Origin: a virus
Length of the DNA: 64,000 nucleotides
Reading direction: 5' to 3' (one strand)
IMG/VR virus record: IMGVR_UViG_3300032238_000944
Span: 1 to 64,000 of that record
Shown: positions 38,765 through 46,085 of the stretch, piece after piece
How positions within the stretch are numbered: the first letter of the stretch is position 1
How the letters are laid out: the number at the start of each line of letters is the position of its first letter
Made by a program: the position numbers and the translations under genes
Notes under the pieces: generated by a model
Told to the model about the DNA's origin: nothing
Database searches by the model: none
What the model saw: only the letters and a program-made list of their open reading frames with translations

Positions 38765-39391
38765 ATGGAATACTACACTTACGCTTATTTGCGTGAAAAT
38801 AGAACACCTTACTACATTGGTAAAGGTAAAGGTAATAGAGTTTACCAAAAAAATAGAAAATCAATAAACCCACCAAAAGATAAATCTAGAATAATATTTC
38901 TAAAACGAAATTTAACTGAAAAGGAAGCATTTAAACATGAAGTTTATATGATTTCTGTGTTTGGTAGAAAAGATTTGGGTACAGGTATTCTTTATAATCT
39001 TACAAATGGTGGAGAGGGAACTTCTGGAGCAAATAATTCGGGAAAAAGAAACGGTTTCTATCAAAAATCTCATACGGAAGAAACAAAACTAAAAATATCT
39101 AAAGCAAAAATTGGAACCAAGTTTCCTGAAGAATTAAAACCATTAGTATCCAAGAGAACTAAAAAAATGTGGGAAGATGGTGGTGTGTTTTCTACACCAA
39201 AGTTTAGACAAAAACTATCACAATCTTTATGCAAAAAGCAATATCAACTTACTAATGAAGAAGGGGAGGTATATTATACTAATAACATAGTGCTATTTTC
39301 CAAAGAACACAATTTAGATTACAGTTCAATGTACAAAGTTGTTAAAGGAAAACTAAAGTATTATAAAGGATGGGTAGGAAAAATCATATGA
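38765..39391 (+). CDS. Free-standing GIY-YIG homing endonuclease with NUMOD3-like motif
   Basis: YYTYAY...PYYIGKG...R, E, L.NLT.GGEG, FY.K.HTEETK.KIS. Confidence 0.88.
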   Translation: MEYYTYAYLRENRTPYYIGKGKGNRVYQKNRKSINPPKDKSRIIFLKRNLTEKEAFKHEVYMISVFGRKDLGTGILYNLTNGGEGTSGANNSGKRNGFYQKSHTEETKLKISKAKIGTKFPEELKPLVSKRTKKMWEDGGVFSTPKFRQKLSQSLCKKQYQLTNEEGEVYYTNNIVLFSKEHNLDYSSMYKVVKGKLKYYKGWVGKII

Positions 39392-39423
39392 CTGGAACGA
39401 TAAATATATAAAAAACGAAATAA

Positions 39424-39642
39424 ATGAAAACGTTTCAACAATTTCAAGAACAGTTGGAAAGAGGTAGATTAACTCCAGCAACACCTGCACAAACACAACA
39501 ACAACGTGTTTCAAGTGTAAAGAGAGCAAGCATGATTGCTACAAAGATGCGTGGTCGTGCATCAGATGAATTAGATTCTCATCAATCCAACATGAGAACA
39601 CTACTCAAAAAGTCTGGAGAAGATATTAAAGGGGCCCACTAA
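39424..39642 (+). CDS. Putative capsid internal protein
   Basis: Late promoter at 39400; N-terminus MKTFQQFQE. Confidence 0.6.
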   Translation: MKTFQQFQEQLERGRLTPATPAQTQQQRVSSVKRASMIATKMRGRASDELDSHQSNMRTLLKKSGEDIKGAH

Positions 39643-39705
39643 TCAGGCTGTCCACTATTCTCCCCAAATGCCCTCAGAACCTGTATATTGGCCATGTTCT
39701 GAGGG
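39633..39705 (+). promoter_or_regulatory. Early-promoter repeat element copy 7
   Basis: ggcccacta-atca-ggctgtccac, TG-TATATT 39684, GGCCATGTT; CCCTCAGAAC/GTTCTGAGGG inverted repeat encloses the -10. Confidence 0.85.
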
Positions 39706-39712
39706 ATTTCTA

Positions 39713-40462
39713 ATGTTTGAAGAACTTTGGTCTGAGATTGCTGATGCTCCTGGCGAGATCTATGATCTACCCGAGATGCGTGAGTTTGATGACAACTACG
39801 ATGATAAATCGTTCGCTACACTACTTGAAACTTCCTACGATTTCTGATGCCTGACACCTATTCGTTCTCTGGTGATGCTGTAACATTCCTGGGCCTGGTT
39901 GGAGTTATCTCCACGGCAATTATTATGGTTACAGTGTATAAACGTTACTGGAACTCTCCCTACCGCAAATAATCATGGCAACTTGGCAAGCAGATGTATT
40001 CGTAAACTCACAAGTTGGGCGAATCAAAACTGAAGTAGAGGCAGCATCATTTGCTGGTGCCAAACAACAAATCTATGCAAAGCATGGTGATGTTCAGCAA
40101 ATCACTAATTTACAACAAGTAAGGTCATCTTCGTTATCTTCGAGTTCTAGCAGCTCAGATAGTGGTGGCGGAGCAATCTTGTTACTCGGATTCATTGTCA
40201 TTGCGTTAATTATGAACTATTGGTATTATATTGTACCAGCAGCTATTATAATTGGTTTGCTTTGGTGGTTTGCAAATAAATGACAATGAATGTAACCGAA
40301 CATAACATCAGTGATTGGGAGTTGAGTAATAGTGAAATTGAAGAGATCATTCGTCTCACTAAACTTGAGATGAAAAAGTATCCTGAAGATAAAGAAACTC
40401 AAATGTTCTATGGTATGATAGTTGGAAAGCTTATGATCATGAAGAATAATGAGGACACTTGA
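39713..40462 (+). other. Small early genes (39713-39847 acidic 44 aa; 39847-39972 TM peptide; 39975-40283 C-terminal TM; 40280-40462)
   Basis: Coupled ORFs between repeat copies 7 and 8. Confidence 0.6.
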
Positions 40463-40518
40463 AGAACTGTCACAAGGGCCCTTGCAAGAGGGTCTTTTTG
40501 CTGTATGATGGCCACATG
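40452..40518 (+). promoter_or_regulatory. Early-promoter repeat element copy 8 (with hairpin)
   Basis: aggacactt-gaag-aactgtcac, AGGGCCCT/AGGGTCTT-TTT, TG-TATGAT 40504, GGCCAC-ATG. Confidence 0.85.
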
Positions 40519-41412
40519 AAGAACACACACCTTAACCATCCTGAAGATGAAGTTCTTAATGGCAAAGATGCTGCCAAAAATGTTATTAAGTTTTTGCGTG
40601 AACGTAACTCTACATTGAGTGTAAAATACGATGGAAGTCCAGCTGTAGTTTGGGGCACTTGTCCTTTCACTGGTTGGTTCTTTGTAGGCACAAAAAGTGT
40701 CTTCAACAAGAAGAAAATCAAGATCAATTATTCTCACTATGATATTGAAGTAAATCATGGTGATGTACCAAAGGTTGCATCAATTCTTCATGTTTGCTTT
40801 GACAATCTTCCTCGCATCAAAGGTATTGTCCAGGGTGATTTCATCGGTTTCGGTGGTAATGACTTCTACAAGCCTAACACGATTGAGTATAACTTCGGTC
40901 GTCTTGTGAATGAGAATGTAATCATTGCTGCTCATACATCCTACAACAGTTCTACTCATCTCAAAGATGCAATTGCGTCATTCGGTGTCAATGAGGAACT
41001 GCAATCTCCCAATGTTAAGTTTCTGAATACCAATGCACAGTTTGCCTCCCGTCGTCGTAGAATTGATTTGCTTTGTAGTCTTGCAAGTGTGGCTATCAAT
41101 TTTGTTAAGTTCCCTGATGCAAAAGAGGGACAAGAACTCAAGATAGCCATCAATCGTTGTATTCGTGAACAACGTGACATTGCAGAGTCTGGTATGAACA
41201 ACAATCTCGCAATTCTCTACAAACTGATCATTGAGATCAAAGAATTGCTGATGGAAGGTATTGTATCTGATGAAAATGTTGAGTGTTACATTGGCAATGA
41301 CAAATGTGATCATGAGGGTTATGTCATGACCAATGAGTTTGGTACATTCAAATTTGTCAATCGTGAAGTCTTCAGTTATAATAACTTTGTGCGTCCTAAG
41401 AGTTGGTCATGA
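40516..41412 (+). CDS. Ligase-fold nucleotidyltransferase-like protein (DUF6267-like)
   Basis: NTHL.HPED, motif I SVKYDGSPA, QGDF, HEGYV, FKFVNR..FS..NF; start ATG 40516. Confidence 0.7.
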   Translation: MKNTHLNHPEDEVLNGKDAAKNVIKFLRERNSTLSVKYDGSPAVVWGTCPFTGWFFVGTKSVFNKKKIKINYSHYDIEVNHGDVPKVASILHVCFDNLPRIKGIVQGDFIGFGGNDFYKPNTIEYNFGRLVNENVIIAAHTSYNSSTHLKDAIASFGVNEELQSPNVKFLNTNAQFASRRRRIDLLCSLASVAINFVKFPDAKEGQELKIAINRCIREQRDIAESGMNNNLAILYKLIIEIKELLMEGIVSDENVECYIGNDKCDHEGYVMTNEFGTFKFVNREVFSYNNFVRPKSWS

Positions 41413-41966
41413 AATATAAAAATGTATCTACAAGTGATGGAAAAGTTATTCACATTTATGATGAGGTTTTTTCTGAATTTGAAAAAAGTTTTCATGAAAA
41501 GTTTTGTTTTGAATCTAATTTTAGATTAAGTTGGCAGTCATTTTTGTTGCCTTATTTTAGATGTAATCTTAGTGAAGAAGATGTAAAAAACTTTCGTTTT
41601 TTTGATAATGAAAACATCGTTAATATAATTAAAAATCATGTGGGGGAAAATGTTAAAGTAATTGCAAGCTGGATTATTGTTACAACACCCTCTTTGATTC
41701 CTTACAATTTTCATCATGATGCCACTGATGATGATAAAGATAATCAAAAAATCATTTTATATTATGTAAATAATGAATGGAATCGTAATTGGCACGGTCA
41801 AACATTATATGCAAATGACAATGGTGAATGTGAAATTGCAGTAGAATATAAACCGGGAAGAATTACTGTATATGATGCAAAAACTTGTCACGCTTCGGGT
41901 CCAATTACAAGTCCTACTTCTAAACCAAAGTTTATTTTTGCGATGCACTTAGAATCTCAATCTTAA
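41409..41966 (+). CDS. 2OG-Fe(II) oxygenase
   Basis: FHHD, LYYVN.EW...W.GQT, PGR...YD....H. Confidence 0.82.
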   Translation: MKYKNVSTSDGKVIHIYDEVFSEFEKSFHEKFCFESNFRLSWQSFLLPYFRCNLSEEDVKNFRFFDNENIVNIIKNHVGENVKVIASWIIVTTPSLIPYNFHHDATDDDKDNQKIILYYVNNEWNRNWHGQTLYANDNGECEIAVEYKPGRITVYDAKTCHASGPITSPTSKPKFIFAMHLESQS

Positions 41967-41997
41967 AATGGTAAATAGAAAATAAAGAGTATCACAA

Positions 41998-42291
41998 ATG
42001 GAAGAACAGATTGAGATTACAAATGGCATCAATCATCACACTTGTTCATCACTTGAGGAAGCATACATTCTAGGGCAGCATTATGCAACAGAATTGCAAG
42101 GGGAAATCACAATTTTCGTAAATGGTGCAAAAGTTGATACAATCGCACCACAAAATAGATCATCTGAATTGTTTGGAGAGATTCCACCTAATCTAGAAGA
42201 AATGATTGCTGATGGTTATAATCCTAACGCAAAAGATGGTGACGGTGATGGACTCTTACAGGATGGCACAAAATGGGAAAGGCCAGTTTGA
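41998..42291 (+). CDS. Acidic protein with DxDxDG Ca-binding-like motif
   Basis: NAKDGDGDGLLQDGTKWERP. Confidence 0.6.
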   Translation: MEEQIEITNGINHHTCSSLEEAYILGQHYATELQGEITIFVNGAKVDTIAPQNRSSELFGEIPPNLEEMIADGYNPNAKDGDGDGLLQDGTKWERPV

Positions 42292-42359
42292 GGGCTGTCC
42301 ACCATTTCACCCACTGGCAGCCAAATGATGTATATTGGCCATGTTGAGAGATGAATCAC
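42280..42359 (+). repeat. Early-promoter repeat element copy 9
   Basis: aggccagtt-tgag-ggctgtccac, TG-TATATT 42331; 42296-42359 is 59/64 identical to 43100-43163. Confidence 0.92.
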
Positions 42360-43027
42360 ATGGATCGCAAGTTTCACACCGTCAGCATTGAAGATCGTGA
42401 GATGTTTGCTTATAATGCTGCCTACAACAAATCGAAGGCAGAGATTGCACGAATCAACGCACATCCTGAACAGCGTATGAAATATTGTTTTGAGTTTATG
42501 ACACATGCTGATGACGAAATGCGTGTGAAATGCTACAACGCAATCGCAAAGTATTCCGCACAACTTGACTACTCCGAAGCACACTTCTGAATCCTTCACT
42601 AACACAAATCCATGCTCGATTACCTCTGCATTTGTTTCGGTCATTCTGACATTCCGAACCACTGGTATAACATGAAGAGTCGTCATTCGACTGCTCGTGC
42701 TGCTGAAAGATTCGGTCTTGATAATATGTGTGTGGCAGGACAATTTGGTTTCGTTGTGATTGAAGAGACCAAAGATACCTGGAAGGTGTTAGATGATCGT
42801 TCGATGTTGCCTCCTTCTGGTTATAGTATTGGTTGCAACAATACCAACCTTTATGTTCAACCTGCTCCCCAACTTGTTCTTGTTTGATGATGATGATGAC
42901 TGATGATGAACTGTTTCGTAATCTCCTTGCCACATTGATTTGTGAGGATAAGTTAGAAGAATGGGAAACAAAAGCCGCTGAGTTAGAGTTACCATTGGAC
43001 TACTACATTCAGGAGTTTGTAGGATGA
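42351..43027 (+). other. Small early genes (42351-42590, 42612-42887, ~42887-43027)
   Basis: Cassette between repeat copies 9 and 10. Confidence 0.6.
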
Positions 43028-43083
43028 AAGCTACGGTCTTTGCATTAGTCTGTCTTGGAATTGGTCAGGCAATTCTAATCAGT

Positions 43084-43163
43084 GTGCCAGTTCCCGAAGT
43101 GTCCACCATTTCACCCACTGGGTCTCAAATGATGTATATTGGCCATGTTAAGAGATGAATCAC
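43084..43163 (+). repeat. Early-promoter repeat element copy 10
   Basis: gtgccagtt-cccg-aagtgtccac, TG-TATATT 43135, GGCCATGTT. Confidence 0.92.
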
Positions 43164-43166
43164 CAA

Positions 43167-43798
43167 ATGCGAATTGATGTCAAATGCCATGCTGCTCCCT
43201 GGGAGAATACCACCACTGATGTGGATCGTGCCTATGATCTCGCATATGATTTGAGTGAAGAATACCAATGCGATGTGGATCTTCGCTATAATGAAACTGG
43301 CATCATTTTCACCACTGTTTCTAACTATTGAATCATGAAAAACATGACTTTTGTTGAAGGATTGATCGCATCTGGTTATGTATTTGATGATGAGAACTAT
43401 GATGGTTGTTATGTAAAACAAGATGCAGATGGTTTCATTCATTGTTATCAAGAAGGAGAAGATGAAGGTGAATGGAATTATGTGAAAATGACTGATGAGT
43501 TTGATATTATCACTGAGAAAACATTTGCACTCTGATGATCTATTCAAATCTGTCAAAGATCAAACCAAAACTGAGAACAACTGGTCGCGTCTCTGGTAAC
43601 TTTGGACGCAACAAAGTTCAAGCAGGTTCTTCACTTAATGAGATTGGAATGAGTACCAAAGAGACAATCAAATGTACCACACAAGATGAATATCTGAAGC
43701 GTCTACATGATGCCTTTGATCATACCACAGATTCAAAACTGCGTCAGTTCATTTATACTGAGATTCGCAAGATTCATGTTCAACGCGGGACATGGTGA
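43167..43798 (+). other. Small early genes (43167-43331, 43335-43535 very acidic, 43535-43798)
   Basis: Cassette between repeat copies 10 and 11. Confidence 0.65.
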
Positions 43799-43865
43799 CA
43801 GTCTGACAAGTGGCACAAGGCCCCTTGTGGACAGCCCCCATCTCATGTATTATGGCCACATGAGG
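43795..43865 (+). promoter_or_regulatory. Early-promoter repeat element copy 11
   Basis: gtgacagtc-tgac-aagtggcac, TG-TATTAT 43848, GGCCAC-ATG; CTCATGT/ACATGAG inverted repeat around the -10. Confidence 0.85.
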
Positions 43866-43911
43866 GAAAGGGATTGCCCCAAACCTCACACTTCACTCGC
43901 TAATCACTCTC

Positions 43912-44235
43912 ATGCGTAAGATTGAACAACTGATGAATGATGCAATTTCCAACAAGAAAGATTGGAAACTTGCTAACACTTGTGTCGAGTATTTCAGTGG
44001 TCATGATATTTCTCGTGTGTATCTGCATGACAATTTGATTGCTGAGATTGGTCCTACTTATGTTCAACTGTTCGATGGTGGATGGCAAACCAACACCACC
44101 AAATCGCGTCTCAATGCTATTCTTTCTGCACACGGATTGCCTGGAGAAGGTGTATTCCAAAAGAACTTTAATTGGTTCTTTCAGTCTCATGACTATGGCA
44201 CGATTCCTTTCTTTTCAGGTATGCGAATTGCCTGA
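43912..44235 (+). CDS. Conserved phage early protein
   Basis: MRKIE..M..AI, VYLH.N.IA.I, GGWQT.TTKSRLNA. Confidence 0.75.
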   Translation: MRKIEQLMNDAISNKKDWKLANTCVEYFSGHDISRVYLHDNLIAEIGPTYVQLFDGGWQTNTTKSRLNAILSAHGLPGEGVFQKNFNWFFQSHDYGTIPFFSGMRIA

Positions 44236-44273
44236 TTCTTTGTTCACCTTTTTCACAAACTTCGATTGATAAA

Positions 44274-45016
44274 ATGACTGACAACAAACTTGAAATGTTG
44301 AGTGCTCGTGAACAACTTATGAGCGATATTGATTGTATCATCGAAAGTTTCTTTTATGATACCTGGGGCGATGAATACAACGAAGAACAACAAGAATTGG
44401 TGAAAACCTTGTGTGATGCTGTCTGTGCAAACTTTCCTTCTAAATGACAATGACTAACACCAAAGATCTTTATTATACTGATGCCAAAGATGGCAAAGAA
44501 CGTATGATTCAAGTTCCCGAAAATCTTGCATGGATTATGGTTCAGTCAATGCACATTGCTGGTGTTGATGCTTATATTGATCTCACTCCTACTGATACCA
44601 TTGCTGCCTAATCTCATGATCATTCCAATTCTAAACAAACGTGGAAACACTCCCAAACCTTATCAAATCTCAAAGGAGAAAGTAGATCATAAAGAAGGAA
44701 GATTTATCGTCTGGAAGTATCACAAAAAAGTCATTGTGAATCATCAAGTGATGTACAAGTATTCACCGATTCGATATGATCAAGAACTCGCAAGGTTTAA
44801 GACAATGAAAGATGCAAAAGAGTTTGGACGTTATATCGTAGGACTATGAGTAAGGTTATCGCATTGCATCACACAGAGGTTATACTTCTGAGAACAGATC
44901 AGGTTCATTTTATCAAGAATCTGTTACGAGACTATGTGATAAGAACTGATAACAAAAGAAAATGTAATGATGCCATTCACATTCTTACTACTATTAGTAA
45001 GCAGTTAAATGATTAA
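44274..45016 (+). other. Small early genes (44274-44447, 44450-44611, 44616-44849, ~44846-45016)
   Basis: Coupled short ORFs. Confidence 0.55.
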
Positions 45017-45051
45017 AAAAGCCTTTTTTTAATTAAGCTGAGTTTAAGAAG

Positions 45052-45093
45052 TTTTCCACAAGCTGTTGAAAATTATGTGTTAATTGTGGAAAA
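45052..45093. promoter_or_regulatory. Three DnaA-box-like 9-mers
   Basis: TTTTCCACA 45052-45060, TGTTGAAAA 45064-45072 (1 mismatch, reverse), TGTGGAAAA 45085-45093 (reverse). Confidence 0.6.
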
Positions 45094-45171
45094 CATTGAT
45101 ACTTTAAAGCCCTTGGTTGTTGTGCATTAGGACCCTTATAAACCCTTCTAGTCCTTGTGATCTTTGCGTGC

Positions 45172-45200
45172 AAGCTATCACAACCGCACAAAAATGTCAA
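45172..45200 (-). promoter_or_regulatory. Minus-strand sigma70 promoter
   Basis: On the - strand TTGACA (45200-45195), 17-nt spacer, TGA-TAGCTT (45177-45172). Confidence 0.6.
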
Positions 45201-45227
45201 GGCCCCTGATAAATACTCCCATGCCCC

Positions 45228-45262
45228 TTGACATAACCGCACAGGGGGGATTATACTGGCCA
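45228..45262 (+). promoter_or_regulatory. Sigma70 promoter with GGCCA discriminator
   Basis: TTGACA 45228-45233, 18-nt spacer, TATACT 45252-45257, GGCCA. Confidence 0.8.
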
Positions 45263-45288
45263 CAGTACAACAAACCCTCCGAGGTCTT

Positions 45289-45456
45289 ATGTCAGTTTCC
45301 TACCTTCAAGCTCAGAAAAAGCATGTGCGTGTGACACTGGATCTTTCAGTTTACAGTGACTTCGATGCCCGACAGATTGACTATGCAAAACTATTCGGAT
45401 TGGATGGAGATGAGTCAGTCTCAGTATACGTGGAGGACATGGAGATTGACTGGTAG
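45289..45456 (+). CDS. Small acidic hypothetical protein (55 aa)
   Basis: GAGG RBS; MSVSYLQAQKK.VRVTLDL.V..DFDA..ID. Confidence 0.65.
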   Translation: MSVSYLQAQKKHVRVTLDLSVYSDFDARQIDYAKLFGLDGDESVSVYVEDMEIDW

Positions 45457-45466
45457 CTTATAACGA

Positions 45467-45540
45467 TGTGACAGTTGTAGAAGTGTCACAGTAAATGAGC
45501 ACAACCCCCTCAGATGATGTATATTAGCCATGTTGAGAGG
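45467..45540 (+). promoter_or_regulatory. Early-promoter repeat element copy 12 (best palindrome)
   Basis: TGTGACAGTT-GTAG-AAGTGTCACA, TG-TATATT 45520, AGCCATGTTGAGAG. Confidence 0.9.
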
Positions 45541-45584
45541 AACACCCAATGCCCACCACACTTTCCACCTCTTCCGAAACTTTC

Positions 45585-45836
45585 ATGACCTCTGCCACTT
45601 ATAACGGTTGGGCAAATTATGAGACCTGGAATGTATCTCTGTGGATTCAGAATGATCAATTCCTTTATAACACTGCAAAAGCATGTGTAGAGTATTGCGG
45701 CAAAGATGAAACCCCTTATGATAAGTTCGTCCGCTGCATGTTCAATGGCGGAATGAACAAAACTCGTGATGGTGTTTCGTATTCGTCCTCAAAGCTAGAT
45801 CATCAGGAACTCAACGAAATGCTGAAAGATATCTGA
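45585..45836 (+). CDS. Conserved phage early protein
   Basis: TYNGWANYETWNVSLWIQND motif. Confidence 0.75.
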   Translation: MTSATYNGWANYETWNVSLWIQNDQFLYNTAKACVEYCGKDETPYDKFVRCMFNGGMNKTRDGVSYSSSKLDHQELNEMLKDI

Positions 45837-45901
45837 GATCTTATAAGGAATGAGATGCGCCTTAAAGACACTCAACCCCGTACACTAACTAACACTTAAC
45901 A

Positions 45902-46042
45902 ATGTCTACTTCTGTGATGATCTCCCTGCTGGATCGTGCTAACACTGGCAACGAACTCCTGCAGATTCTTGATAGTCTCGTGACGGACAGTGAGCAACAG
46001 TCTGCCAGCGAAACTGCATACGTGGAGGGTATCGCTATCTGA
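45902..46042 (+). CDS. Small hypothetical protein (46 aa)
   Basis: MSTSVMISLLDRANTGNELLQILDSL. Confidence 0.6.
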   Translation: MSTSVMISLLDRANTGNELLQILDSLVTDSEQQSASETAYVEGIAI

Positions 46043-46050
46043 TGACATCT

Positions 46051-46085
46051 GCGGGTGCTGCTTATAACAGTGGCACCCGTTATTC
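46051..46085 (+). terminator. Strong hairpin at the end of the early region
   Basis: GCGGGTGCTGCT-TATAAC-AGTGGCACCCGT (12 bp incl. G-U) then TATTC. Confidence 0.6.

Noticed and set aside
27381-40515. ORF-track upstream starts for the helicase (27381), ligase-like gene (40459) and 36721
   Set aside because: The extensions run through the promoter element; ATGs at 27414, 40516 and 36787 fit better
33817-42291. Two unrelated proteins both ending RPV-stop as proof of cassette capture
   Set aside because: Consistent with the element supplying the stop, but the ERP ending of 41998 may be protein-constrained; kept only as supporting evidence
45033-45263. 76-aa minus-strand ORF over the DnaA-box region
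   Set aside because: It starts upstream of the minus-strand promoter and runs through both promoters; no RBS; likely spurious
24945-45540. Repeated element as a CRISPR array or integron attC array
   Set aside because: Copies are degenerate, 0.7-4 kb apart and each contains a -10 box; no cas or integrase gene in the window
30928-46042. NblA, hli, psbA or other classic photosynthesis auxiliary genes
   Set aside because: No small ORF showed recognisable motifs for these families
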